Shown here: piece by piece, positions 12,646 through 25,790 of the stretch | Position numbering within the stretch: the first letter of the stretch is position 1 | Layout of the letters: every line of letters begins with the position of its first letter | DNA from: Gracilinanus agilis | Lineage: Eukaryota | Reading direction: 5' to 3' | Length of the DNA: 64,000 nt | Assembly (NCBI RefSeq): GCF_016433145.1 | Contig: NC_058135.1 | Span: forward strand, 174,658,486-174,722,485 | Notes under the pieces: model-generated | Database searches by the model: none | What the model was told of the DNA's origin: nothing | The model's input: only the letters and a program-made list of their open reading frames with translations | Position numbers and translations under genes: made by a program

Positions 12646-15533
12646 GATCCCAAATATGGCATTCAAGTCTGGACCTTCTAATTTTTAATGTAGGAATTAA
12701 AAACTCCTGCACTAGAGTCCAGGAGCAGAGCAGAGTAACCCAGAGGGAGAAGGGCAGGATCACTGGGCCCAAAAGCCATCCTACTTGAGATGACCTGCAG
12801 CACCTGACATCCTGCCTCTAACCTTATCCATTGTACACATTTGTCCTGGTGTCACTGAATAATGACAGACCCCAGCAGTAGACAGCCCATTCCTTTCTGC
12901 CTGTGCGATACAGCCTAAGGCTCGAAGAGCTGAAGCTGTTCACTGGAGTTGCTTCCATTTCTGGCACAAAAGCCCGTCTGCCTGTCCTTTGCATTGTGCA
13001 GTCATTTACTTTGTAGAATATAGATATGTGTATCCTTAAAAAAAATGTATGGATATATATATAAATATGTTAGGGAAATCATTATTTTAAAGAAACCTCA
13101 TGATGAAAACTTTTATAATGCAAACTAATCTTTCCCTACTTTATCCCTTTTATAACTGAGTTTTTGCAGATTGGTCCTTTTTTTTTAATTGGAGCACACC
13201 TGAATATAATTTTTCATGAACAAAACAGGATCTTGGTGTTTTTCCCCCTCCTTTATTTTTTGCCATTTTTCTATGACTGAATAACCAAAAAGAAAATGTA
13301 CTGAAATTCAAACACAGGTGGAATAAGAAATGTGAAAAGATTTATAATGTATCATGCAGCATTTCTGTATTGAAAGTCTTTGGTTTGATGCTATACTGTT
13401 TCATTAGTAATCAAAAGAAGTAATTATGTGATAGAGGCTGTTTTTCCCTATGCTTAAAACATTCCATGATATTAACTTACTGATGTTATTTTCTCCAAAT
13501 CCATAAAAGTACCATTTATTAAGCACTAAGGTTTTGGTGGCTTTCTATGGAAAATGGGAGCAAATATCTATCAGAAAATCCATCCATGGTTCCAATCAGC
13601 AGCTTCAGTTACAAATTTTCAATCAGTATAGATGGGAAAGATTTAAACAAACAAACAAAAAAACTCCTGGAGGAAGCTTGCTCAAGTTTGTGGCTAAGAT
13701 GTATTTCTGATTCCTCATTATTTGTCCCATGGTGATTTTTTTTTTAGCCTTTCAACATAAGGAATAATAAATGGAGAATGCTAGTTTGTACCATTGTCAG
13801 AAGTGCCAAATATTTTCTGAGTTTAAAGGAAGGAGGAAAAATTAATGACAAGACAGCAATGAAATTTCTTGGAAGGAGAGAGTAACAGAATAACTGGCCG
13901 TTCTCTGAGTATAGACATACATTTTTAGGGTGACAGTTTTCTCTCTTTCCTTTATTATGATTTTCATGCTTCCTGTGGTGTATAGAATTGAGTGTTAATA
14001 GCTACCTACTGTTGCACTCTGATCAAGCTCATTTCTCCTTGAAACCTCTTTTGCATTAGGTGACTCTATTCATGACCTTGATTGAGAAGCTTTTTCCCTG
14101 TATGCTAATCGAAGTGTGAGTTCCCAAACGTTAGCATCTTTTTAAGCAGGTCTGTAAGATTGTCATCCTGTTTAGCTGAGCACCTAAATGTAATGGGAGT
14201 CTACCTTTAAGTAGTAGAGTAGATAAAGCCACAAATGGCTTAATAAGGTAGACAAAGGAGAAAGATATAGTTTTAATGGTGGAAATTGAGTTGGTAAGTG
14301 AAAACGTACTGAGTAAATTGGGAGGAATTTTTCAAATAGGTATAGATCTTGTCATGTCAGGAAGAGACATCTTGCCATATACTGGGGAGTAAAAAGAAGG
14401 TTGTTTAATGTGTATGGAATGGAGCAGGCAGAGTGGGTCAATGAGAACTGAACCAGGAATGAAATTGAAAAGGACCAAAATTTAGGTCAATCTAGTTGTT
14501 TCCAATCTTAGCCCACACCATGGTTATATGTTATATTGAGGAGGTTGAGCAGAGAGACAGTTAATATAAAATAGAATATATTATATGACATAATATAACA
14601 TATAATATATAAATAATATTTTATATTATAATATCATATATAATAATATAAAAGAAAATTTTAAACTACTTATGGGCATTTGCCCAAATTCTCATCTTCT
14701 ATCATATTTTTAGTTCTTGTTTATGGCTTCTTTAAAAGTCTATAAATGCAAACTGAAAAGGGCTAAAATATAGGTGACCCTGTTTTAAGTAATTAGTGAA
14801 AGGCAGCAAGAGAATAAAATGCCAAATTCAGAGTCAGGACAACCCAGGTTCAAACCCCAATGAAGACATAGCCCAATTCTGGTATGCTTAGAGAGAGGGC
14901 ATTTTCAGGAGTTCTTGGCTAGATGAAATTACAGATAGGTGGCAAATCGGTATTTTAAAAAAATCCCTGCATCAACAAAAGTAATGCCAGCAAATAAATA
15001 CATGAATTTCTTATCTTTCTGTGCTGGCATCTGGATTTCAAGCACTTGTGATTTTAATTGCCATTGAAAAATACTTGTGAAGGGTCTCCTTTGTATATAT
15101 TTAGATTTGTAATTGGTTTTCCATCACTAGAAATGTTTAGGCAAAAGCTGTGTGAAACTTGGTGGGGGGAGGTGAGGGGGGAGAGTTGTAGCAAACCCCT
15201 TTCCCAGGTATGTGTTGAACATTGCCTTTGAAGTACCTTCCAAATTGAAAATTCTGTAATTCTATCACTTATAGACAGAAAGCAGCTGGACTTTGTGGGG
15301 TCTCTGTTCGTTGATGATAAAGGGCAGTAATGGTGCTTGCTGTTTTTGATTGGTCTTTCTTTCTTTGGGGGATTTGTAAACGATTACTATGGTGACCTTG
15401 ATTTAAACGTACTTCCCTTAACATTTCAAACTTGGATAATATGTTCTACATCCTGATTGAGTCTCCTTTCCTCTTCCTTTAAACATGCATGTGTTTTTTT
15501 TTTCCCACAAGATATTGTAAGGAAGATCATCAG

Positions 15534-15547
15534 GTTGTCATGACAAC
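15534..15547. promoter_or_regulatory. Candidate RFX X-box, perfect palindrome GTTGTCATGACAAC
   Basis: 14-bp palindrome, two transitions from the canonical GTTGCCATGGCAAC. Confidence 0.4.
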
Positions 15548-16472
15548 AAATGCACACTGTGAGGAAAACCTCTTTAAAATGACCAGCTTCTGGCCTCTTA
15601 TCATTGATGTGTAATGATACTGAAATTAAACAAGGCTGTCTAATTCTCAAATATTACCCCAAGTCTGTCTTTTCAGAACTGTCATTTCTGGATCACAAAC
15701 CATGCCTTTTGGAATGATGTACAAATTCACTGCTGGATACAAGATTGTGTACAGCTCAGGACTATAATACTGGGTGATTGTTAATTGGCAGGGGGAAGGG
15801 TAAACAGGGATATAAATCAATATGAACTCGTCAGCCTGGAATGCCTATGTGTAAATTCTCTCCATAGTTAAGATCAATTCAAAAAAGGGTTTGATTACAG
15901 TGTCTAGGACTGGGGATACTCAACAGAGAAATATTCAGGTTAAGGAAGAAATAATTCATATTGATGTTAGGTGGATTCTCTCCTATGCTTCTTTTTCGTT
16001 TCCTCCTAAAACTTTTATCTGAGTGAAGGAAGAATTGCTGCTTTATAAAATATGCAAAAATCCCTGTGTTTCAGAGACTTTTATTCTTCGTGCTCCTGCC
16101 AAGAAAAAAAAAATCCCAACCAGAAAAGTAAATAACCTTCTAGCAAGTATTATAATTTTAGTGGAAATAACTAGATCAGGGTTTTGTATAAGGAAATATT
16201 AGGCATAATGAGTTTTGAATTTTTCCCACTGGCAAATTCCTAATCAGCAGCTTTTCCTTTGTTTCTTTGTTATTATGAGTGGTCCAAAAACTAAATGTAA
16301 AAAAAAAAAAAAAAAAAAAAAGAGTGGGGAATAGTAGAAAGAAGATATGTGAAACCTTTCTTTTGTTTCCTGCACAATCATTTCCTGCTGAGAAACTAGT
16401 TTATCAGTTCTCTCTCTTTAGAGAAGGGCTACCCATCCTGGTCAAGGGGGTCAGAAGTCTCAAGTATTTTTT

Positions 16473-16592
16473 TTTATAAACCCTTAATTTCGGTGCATTG
16501 TCTCATAGGTGGAAGAGTGGTAAGGGTGGGCAATGGGGGTCAAGTGACCTGCCCAGGGTCACACAGCTGGGAAGTGGCTGAGGTTGGGTTCG
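16473..16592 (-). mobile_element. 5'-truncated SINE1-type SINE with TSD
   Basis: Perfect 16-bp TSD GTCTCAAGTATTTTTT at 16457-16472 and 16593-16608. Confidence 0.92.
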
Positions 16593-16899
16593 GTCTCAAG
16601 TATTTTTTGACAAGGACTCTAGTGAATATTTTCTGCCTAAATGGTTCGTACTTGATTCATTTACCTAGGTTTCTTTATTATTATTGTGAACGTGACAAAT
16701 GTCTACAAATGGGCATCATTCCCTTGAAAAACCATGGTAAAAAGAGGTTTGTACATGATGCCATCTTCTAATTTCATTTTATGAAATTGTTTTTTTTTAT
16801 TTTTATGAAATTATGAAATTATTATTAATCATTCTATGACTGGCTGAGTAGAATATTCTCATGTCTCTTGGCCAAGTAAAGACTGGGAGGTTTGGGGGG

Positions 16900-17170
16900 A
16901 TGTGAAAACTGTCTTCCAGCATCTGGAAGGTTGTCATGTGGAGAATGTATTTGATTTATTCCATTTGGGCCCCAGAGGACAGAAACTGTCATAATGGTGG
17001 AAATTGTAGAGAGGCCAATATGGAATCAATGTCAGGAAAATCTGACAGTGGTTTAGGCTCATGAATTGATAAGTCTCCCTTCCTTGGAGGCCTCCAAACA
17101 GAGGCTAAATGAATGACCACTTCTCAGTTGTGTTTCAGTGGAGATTCCTTTTGTGTAAGGGTTTGGAATA
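16900..17170 (+). mobile_element. L3/CR1 3' end
   Basis: ggttgtcatgtggag...ggccccagaggacaga...ttggaggcctccaaacagaggct...gaccactt. Confidence 0.75.
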
Positions 17171-17174
17171 GAGT

Positions 17175-17340
17175 CAGCCAGGTTGCTCAATGGACAGAGT
17201 ACATTGGGCTTGGCGTCCATGAGATCTGAGTTGAAATCTAGTCACAGGCATTTACTGACCGTGTAACTTGGATAAGTCACTTAACCTCTGTCTGCCTCAG
17301 TTTTCTCCTCTATAAGATGAAAATATCATAAAAATGCTTT
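17175..17340 (+). mobile_element. MIR-family SINE
   Basis: gtaacttggataagtcacttaacctctgtctgcctcagtttt CORE motif. Confidence 0.75.
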
Positions 17341-19799
17341 GTCCCTTCCGCCTGCTAGTCCATTGCAACTCTCATATTGTGTGATCTTATGCTAAGTGTT
17401 CTAAAGGACATTATATCTTTATCTCAGCCACAATACAGATTTTAGTAGAATGTTTTCCTTCACTGTGTTTCAAGGACAGCACCGTAAACTCTATAAAGAG
17501 TTATGGAACACAGTAGGACTATCCATCTATCAACCCTGTCCTCAAAGACCAGGACTGTCATTTCCAGCAATGGAACCATTACAACAAATTTTCACACAAA
17601 AAAAATCAGACAAGCAACAAATGGAAAGTCCTTTCTCCTGGGATTGTTTTAAATGGGTTTATTGATCATATTGATTGATGCTACAGTGGAATAAGGTAAG
17701 AATAGATATCACAATGTTAAAAAATTATAATGTGTTCCAGTCTTGGTTTAGGCCACTCTGTAGTGATTTCCAATTATTTCAAAGGATTTGGGGAGACTTC
17801 TCAAAATGCAATTTAGTTTAGTTTAAAAATAAAATCTACCAGTCAGTAGTTCTAAAACATAGTCTGGATATGAAGGTGTTCTTATATTAAAATTTCAGAA
17901 ATAGAATGTTATAACTCAAAAAGAAATGGGATTTCTCTAGTGAAGTACCCCAATGTTTGCTTCCAAACTATCATGTGATTTTACTTATTTTGATACTTGT
18001 CATTTATCTAAATTTGATTTCCAGTGTTCTAAGGAAAATTTAGCTTGAGGATCACCATTCATTATCTCTGGAAAGACTATTGTTAGAGACTTTAAATGTT
18101 CCCTCCTCTTTCTTCAAACCTTTTTGCGAATCTCAAATATTCCAGGGTTTATTTTTCAAGATTATTAGTATACTTTGTGCTTTTATGTTTAAGGAAGGAA
18201 TGTAGATTTTTAAAAACTACTTACTGTTTATGCTACATATCACATTTTTCTTTCCTGTCACCACTTTTGTTTATAAAATTTTTGGCATACCTAATTGTAC
18301 CTATTCCCCTATTTCTCATTTCTTGGAGGAACATCCCATTTTAGTTTCCATAGACACCTCCAAGTACTAATTTCCAATGTATGTTGTCTTCTATAAGCTG
18401 TTGGTTTTTCCCACTTAAAGACTGTCCTTGATTGAATGATCAAAGTGCAGATTTGCTATGGCATTTGGGATTTGACAGGGTCATGGCCTCGTTGGCTCAG
18501 AATCTACCATTTCTAAATAAAACATCAAAGTGAGAGAACAAACTTCCCCCCTTGAGATTAAACTTGAACTGTTCGTATTTGTTATCTTAAAATTCTTTTT
18601 TCCCCCCATTTGGATAAAATGACAGTGTGACTAAGTGGGTAGCCTTGCAGTCAGTAATTAAAGGTCCATGGCCTTGCTGTGTGATGGTGACAAAATTATG
18701 AAGCCTCTGAGGACCTCGAGCAACTTTCTTTATAGAGGAGTTCTTGGTAGAGCATGTTAGAACTGGGAGAATTCCACGGACTGATAAAATTACAGATATG
18801 CTATTGTCCCTTGCCTCTCCAAAAAAAGTCCCAAATATGAAAGCCATATATCCCAAAATTCTCAGGGCAGACTTGATTTTTTTAATGTGCTTTTTAGTGA
18901 GCCTTTGGAAAAAGGACTTTTTTGTTAAAGCATGTAGCCCAGTTATGCTTTGGAAATTATGTTGGCCATACCTATGGAGAATTCCAAATTAATATGCCAT
19001 TTAAACATCTTTTTAGCCTTTAAACCCTTCTTAGCCAAACTCTTCTTTTTTTCTTTTGTATACATCTTCACAGAGGGTTGTGATGAATGAAGTGTTATTT
19101 CATTCATCACAACACATCTGTGATCTACTGAGATGAATAAGTTCTCTTCCACAAAGCAGGGAACACAAATAATCCTTGATATCACCTGCCTCCTATTCTT
19201 GGGCCAAATTCTTCCTTTGGATATAACCCCAGTTCCCACTGCCATTCCATTATTTTTTATCTCTATCAAGTAAGACTTTGATGTGGTATCCTATTTAATT
19301 TCCTTCCAAAGAATTTCCCCAGCACCCACTTGTGAGGTCTAACCATCATTTATATGCTTTTAGTAGCATCTTTTAAAGTGGCTTTTAAAATTATTGTATT
19401 TCTTTAACTTAAAGAAATAATCAAGAACATTGTAGAGGAGAAGAATGATTAATATGGCAAAATTAAAGCCTACTTTACTCCCCCTAACAATAGGAAGAAC
19501 CACATCAGTCCATCATTTTCCAATGAAAAAATATTTTTAATGGAAAACCAACATATTTGTGAAGAATGAGTTGATGCAGCACATGGCAAAAATACATCTT
19601 ATGAAAGTGGAAACCCTAGATTTTGAAACACTAAAAGACATTTCACTTGTAAAATTCTTCTCAGACACTGCATCCAAGGCTTTAAAAGCATTTTTCTTCA
19701 AGACAATAATTTTATCATGTCAACGTGGTATCAGAAACATTTGTCACTTAATCAATAAATTGGTGTCTGACCTATCCCAGAAGCTTATCAAATTAACCT

Positions 19800-20210
19800 C
19801 TGCTTTCATCCCTTCATAATTTATTTGAGTGCTGAGGTACTTTGGAAATCCCAAAGAAAGAAAATGTGGAAGCCTGCCATTCTAGAGCTTATAGTCTACT
19901 ACAAATAGAGCCCACAATTCAACAGGTGACCATCCCATTTTTTAACTTGGCATTCAATGTCTTCTCAAACCTGATGTCATCTAACTTTTCCAGTCTTATT
20001 TCTTCTTATTCCTTTCCATGTATTGGACACTCCCGGCAACCTGAAACTATCATTTCTTTCTTGAACAAATCCTTAATTTTTTAACTTCAATATTTTTTTC
20101 TCACAACTGTGCTTGGAATGTCTCCCTTCCCTTATCATCACCTATGGAATTCGTAACCCTTCTTTAAAGCTCAACTCAAATATGGCCTCCTCCATGAAGC
20201 TGCAATGAAC
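19800..20210 (+). mobile_element. L2 fragment
   Basis: Pyrimidine-rich L2 3' motifs (ttggcattcaatgtc, gtgcttggaatgtc, aaagctcaactcaaat). Confidence 0.6.
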
Positions 20211-20529
20211 AGCTTAGTGTAGTAGATAGTGTATTGGACTTGGTCTAAGGGAGACTTGGTTTTGTCTGGCTCAGTTTCATCTAGTTCCACTCTCTAAATA
20301 GTATGTTCCTCATCTCTTTTGTGAAGACACTGAAGATCCCTTTTAATTTAAACCTACTCTCTCATAATCCTTCTATAAATTCCATCTTTTAAAGCCTTTA
20401 TTTTATTTATTACTTTTTATTTTTATTTTTGTTTATAATTTTAACTTAATTTAATAAATAATATATATTTTATGATTTTATTTATACTTTATTTTAAAGC
20501 CTTATATGGTGCATTTCAGGGTTTTCCCC

Positions 20530-22010
20530 CATTTTTCATTTTTTTTCTTTTTAATAGTATTTAAAATAATTTTTATTGATATCTTTTTAAGTTATCTAAA
20601 TTTCTACTTGAATCCTTACCTCTCCCCCTCCCAGAAAAATATCTCTTGTAACAAATAACTTCCCCCCCCCCAAATAAAAAGAAGAAATGAGTTTGAGACT
20701 ATGACCCCAAATTTATTAAATTATTTATGTCCTTTGACTCAGATACACCACTATTGGGCTTGTATTTCAAAGAAAAGAAAGAGGAAAAGGATCTATATTA
20801 TATAAAAATATTTAGAGCAACCTTTTCTGTATTAGTCAAAAGCTGGAAAATGAATGGTTATCCTAATGGGGAATGGCTAAACTAATTATGATATTAATTT
20901 AATGGGGCAATAAAAAGGGTGAAATAGATAGTTGTAGAAGAAACTAGGAAAACCTATATGAATCGATACAGAAAGAAGTGAGGAGAAATAAGAGAACAAT
21001 TTATACAATGAGGAAAAAAAACCACTGTGAAAGACTTTAGAACTCTGAACAGTGCCATGATAAATTGCAAGTTTGGAGGACTGAAGATGAAACATTCTGC
21101 TCACCTCCTATCACAGAAAGATGATGGACTTAAAAAACTTTACTTGTACAATTTCAGGCATGGCCAAAGTGATATTTCTATGCATGTTTATGATGAAAGT
21201 AGAATTTGGTTGTTTTTTTTAGGAGTAGCAATGGTAGAAGCAAATTATAAATGTATATAAAAATAAGTAAGAATTTACTTATTTAAAAATAAGTTTTTAA
21301 AGGGAAAAAACTTGTTAAGCAGAGTATTGCCTATCAATGTGTGGAATCATATAAAGATCTATTATTGAATGCAAACACAGAGATTAAAGAAAAAGGAAAG
21401 AGAAAAAAGTTAGCAAAATTCATCAATACACTGGAAAAAAATTTAAACATATACAATGTTCATACATTTATCCATCCTTCAAACAACCTGGAGAGGGAAG
21501 GATATCATATATCTTCTTTGAGAGTGATCTTGTTATTTATAATTTTATACCATTTGTTTTTCATAGTTTTTTGGTTCTTCCTATTTACCTTGTTGTCATT
21601 GTGAGTGTTCTTTTCTTGATTATACTTCACTTTGCATCATTTCCTAGTTATAGTTCTTGCTTTTTTATTTTCATCCTATTTGTCATTTTATTGCCCAGTG
21701 AAATGCCTTTACATTCTCCATGGTGCCACCCTTTGTTTAGCCATTCCCCAATTTATGACTATCCACTTTGTTTTCAGTAGTTACCACAAAATATTTTGGT
21801 ATATATCGAACCTTTATTTTTATCCATGTCCTCCTTGGGGCATATGCCTACCAGTGGAATCTTCATGTCAGAGTTTATGGACATGGTAGTCATTTTATCT
21901 CCATTGAGTAATCATACTCATCAACTCAACCAACAATCTACCAGTGCCCCTAGATTTCTCCCAGAACCCCCTTCAATTCAAGTATTCTCATCGTTGGTTA
22001 TCTTTGCCCA
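20530..22010. mobile_element. L1 cluster: antisense 3' pieces (about 20530-20690, 21390-22010) around a sense ORF2-end/3'UTR piece (about 20710-21290)
   Basis: Sense cctttgactcagatacaccactattggg...atggggaatggctaaac; antisense cttgttcagccattcccc-type motifs. Confidence 0.7.
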
Positions 22011-23039
22011 GTAAAGTATTTATTTATCATGTATAGTATGCATTATATGTATCTATATCTATACCTTCTCTTGCTACCAGGATGTAGGGTTCGTGAGGAC
22101 AGGTGTTGTGCATATTATCTAAAATTCACATTTCTACATATGATTTATCACTTCTTGATATGGGTGTATTATTTGGGGTTTGACTTTTAAAAGACTAATT
22201 TATTACAAAAATGAATAATATGGAAATAGGAATCAAGTGATAATATAAGTGAAACTGCTTGTCACCTCTGGGAGGGGGAGAGAGAAGAAGGGAGACAGAC
22301 AACAAAAATCATGTCACAATGGGAAAATTTTTTTAATTTAATTTTTAATTTTTAAAAAGATCAGAAAGAAAAAAAACTTAAAAATTCATATTTCTCCAGC
22401 AATTTGACATAGTACTATTTCCCAAATCCCTTTTGGCTTTAATTATGCATATTTTTGTCATGAACAAATACAAACATGTTTATTTTTGTGTATTTATTCA
22501 TATGTATATTCTATCTAGCTACCATCTAGCTATCTTTCTGTCTGTCTGTCTTTTTCTTAGCCATATGTGTAGCCTCTACATAGAATAAGGGAAAACAGTA
22601 AAATGGGGATGCTTTCTGGTTGAAACATCTGTTGATTTTCTATTCAAAATTCTTTTTTGAAGCCTTTGCTTTAGGAGTCAGATGCAAAGACCACCCTTTA
22701 AAATTTTCCTATTTTCTGCTTTTTGTGGCAAGGAATCCTTACAGATTCTAGGATGTGTTTGTTGTTCTGAAGCTTCCAAATGGAATGATCACTCCATGTA
22801 CTTTCTCTTTCCTAGAATTTCATTTGAAGCCATTTAACTCCCTAATATTGCCTGATGCCAAATCCTTTTTTAGGAATCTTAAAAATAAGGACAGTACTAT
22901 ATATGTAACCTGGGCAGATGGAGTCTCTAAATACCTCTCTCCCTGCTTTGCAAATAGCCCCGTCCTCATTAGAAAACTCTGAGCTTTGCATCTCTCATTC
23001 TCTCCCTGATAAACATTCTTGTTGCTTTCTCTGACTCAT

Positions 23040-23700
23040 AATAAGTCCCAGGTCATTCTTTAGATGTGCAGCCAGCCAAGTGTGTGCTTCTTCCTTCCCT
23101 TTTTTCCCATCTTTCTTTGTTGCAAGTATGGATAACAGCACATCTTCATATGGAATTATTTGCCCTTTTTTCCAGAGCTATACATACAAATTTGAGCAAA
23201 TGTCCTCCTGCCCTCTTCTCTTTTTTCCAGATTTCATTAATACTAGTGCTATTTTTATTACAGTTATAGTTGTCATATATAAAATTTTTCTTATTCAGCT
23301 TTCTTCCCTTGGCATCACTTTATATGCCTTTCTAGATTTCTTAGAAGTCTTCAGAGTTGTCATTTCTTATGGTAGAATAATATTCTATTATGTTGATATT
23401 GCACAGTTCATTCATCCAATTCCTAATTGTTAGGCACATGAGATATTCCAGTTTTTTGTTATCATGAATAAAGGTGCTATGAATATTTTGATACAGCAAA
23501 TATTTTGCTAACAGGAAAAATAGACCTTCAGATGGTGCCACAAAAGTGAAATCATTAGGTTAAACAATTTTTAACCAGCTGAAAATTATAATGTTTCTTT
23601 CCAAAGAAATTGTTCTAATTCCCAATTTTAATAATACTCTACTCTTTATTAACATGTTTATTTTTCATAGTTCCACCAACCTTTAATCTGATCATATTTA
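23040..23700 (-). mobile_element. L1 fragment
   Basis: Antisense L1 motifs (cacagttcattcatccaattcc, gctatgaatattttg, tttccaaagaaattg). Confidence 0.6.
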
Positions 23701-25065
23701 ACTAGCTTAATAGATTACCAGTCAAATTATCTTATCCAAAATTATGACCTTGGGGAGAGTTGGAATAACTTGTAAAATAGTGCCCATTTTGTGATCTTAG
23801 ATCTTGTGCCCAAAGCTCTAAGGGAAAATTATAGTCATGGCCCTGAAAAAATAATTGAAAGGTAAATTGGTTCCATGTAGTCCACTATGAAGTCTGGCCA
23901 CTCATGCCAATTGTATTTGCTCTTATTTAATTAGATAAAAATAAAAGAAAGGTTTGTGCTACGGTTATATTTTGCTTATTCCCCTCCTCCTGTATCTTTG
24001 TGAAGTAATAAAAAATCAGGGAGTAAGAATAGTAGGCTTACTAAGGATCTGTTGGCTGGACACATTTTGCTTTTTATAGTATGGCGCAGTTATACTCTAG
24101 TTCATTTCCATCTTAACTTGGACTTTGATAGAATTGTCGGCTGAGGATCGGGTACTGAGATACACGAAATTGAATGAAAATTTAATTTCTGAATTTGCTA
24201 ATCTTCTTGCCAAATCCAGCATGTAAATTACAGCACATGGTATTGAACAGAATTTATTGCTATAATATATCCAGTTAGCAATAGAGATCGACAGCTGGAG
24301 GAGAATGTTATAAAACCTTTAACACATTGCTTTATATAGACTTTATTATGAACCACGCTTGAAAAGTACAAAATTATTTGTTCAGAGACACTCCATCCTA
24401 AGGAAATATTCCATTCTTAATCCCTGCACTTATATCTTGGAAATTTTTGATAGTTTAAAAAAAAGCTAGTCATTATTGGAGTTAATTGATTCTATTAGCC
24501 CTAAAGATGACTAACTCTTGCTGTTGCCATTTTCATAGTATGTAAGATAATGACAGAGAAAATGTTCTGCCTAGATTGGATGCCAAAGGAGAGAACTGAG
24601 TTAAGATAAACAAAGTAGTTGGACTTGGTTAACCAAACCAACAAGCTTCTATATTCCATGAAGGGTCCAGAAGCAGCAGAATTTAGACCCCTGTTTTTGA
24701 TGAGTATTACTTTGTAATCTGAAGGTTTTCCTTGTTTCTGCCTCTTAATAACCCCCTCATGATCCTTTGTGTTAAAAATAGTTCCATTTCAACCTTGAGT
24801 ATCTGGCTTGGAGTTCAATGGTTGCTTCTTCTTTTGAGGTGGAACTCCCCCAAGTATGGACATCCTCAGAAAAGCAGCAGTCTTAGACTTGGCCAGGTAA
24901 TTAGAAATGAAGAAGAAAAAGATGGGCTTCTTTCTATGTGGAACCTTATAGAAGGTATAAATAATTTGATTAGACTTTTTTATTTTTATTTTATTTTTTT
25001 AGAGTTAAGATAGATACACACATGTGCCCAAACACTGATAATTCTTGATTTTAAAGTAATATCAA

Positions 25066-25152
25066 TTGCATGTCAATTCTGGGAGTGGGGAGGGAAGAAT
25101 GGAGGGAGACAACAAGAATCATGTAACCATGGATAAAAAAATTAAATAACAA
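25066..25152 (+). mobile_element. Very short L1 3' stub with TSD
   Basis: aagaatcatgtaaccatgg tail; TSD taaagtaatatcaa (25052-25065) / taaaataatatcaa (25154-25167). Confidence 0.8.
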
Positions 25153-25419
25153 TTAAAATAATATCAAAATGAAGACTTCCATCAGAGTTGTTGGGGATCA
25201 GCTTTTCCTATTACCTTGTGTTCTTTAGGAACATATCTCTCCTCAGATCAGCCCTGTGAAACAGGAGTCCAAATTGGAAGTGAAATCAAAATTACCTTTT
25301 ATTTTATTTCTTGTCCTTTGTCTCATACCCCTAAATATGATACCCAAGATACAAATATATCAGCATATTAATATTCTAAACAGTATAATGGATTCCAATC
25401 CAGAAAAATATATAAAATA

Positions 25420-25790
25420 ATATTTGATTTTTAAAGCCCCTTATAACCTGACCCGTTCCTACCTTTCCAGTCTTTTTACACCTTCCCCCCGCCCTCCTTT
25501 ATGTTACAGAGACTCCGCTCCTTTGGTGTTTTTGCACACAATGTTCCATCTCCTGACACCAGGCATTATCACTGGCTGTACTTCATGCCTGGAACTCTCT
25601 TCCTTCTCATCTTTGCCCCCTTGCTTCCCTGCCTTCCTTAAGTTCCCAGATAAAATCACTTCTCCTGGAAGCCTTTTCTGACCATCTTTTAATGAGAGTG
25701 CCCATCCTCTGAGACTGTTCTCTCTTTATCCAGTGAATTTTGTTTGTATGTAGTTGTTTTCATGTTATCTCCCTCATTAAAATGTGAACT
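25420..25790 (+). mobile_element. L2 3' fragment
   Basis: tttaaagccccttataacctg...catgcctggaactctc...ttctcctggaagcctt...aaatgtgaactcctt. Confidence 0.75.

Larger units (their letters stand above)
11910..12750 (+). mobile_element. L3/CR1 fragment split by three younger insertions
   Basis: L3-like ORF2 motifs (ggctagatagtagtttgtctgaaaaa, aagtcagcaat...gccaatgcc, gccctagtcagac) resume after each insert. Confidence 0.7.

Noticed and set aside
14560-14655. Almost pure A/T stretch as a matrix attachment or unwinding element
   Set aside because: Indistinguishable from a decayed (AT)n repeat.
15512-15516. Possible 5-nt microexon (cccacaag|ATATT|gtaagg) after TGCATG and a U tract
   Set aside because: Not frame-preserving, AAG acceptor, no independent support.
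17687-17695. Possible 9-nt microexon (ctacag|TGGAATAAG|gtaaga)
   Set aside because: Poor pyrimidine tract and an in-frame TAA in the phase-1 intron; the strong donor alone is expected by chance in 40 kb.
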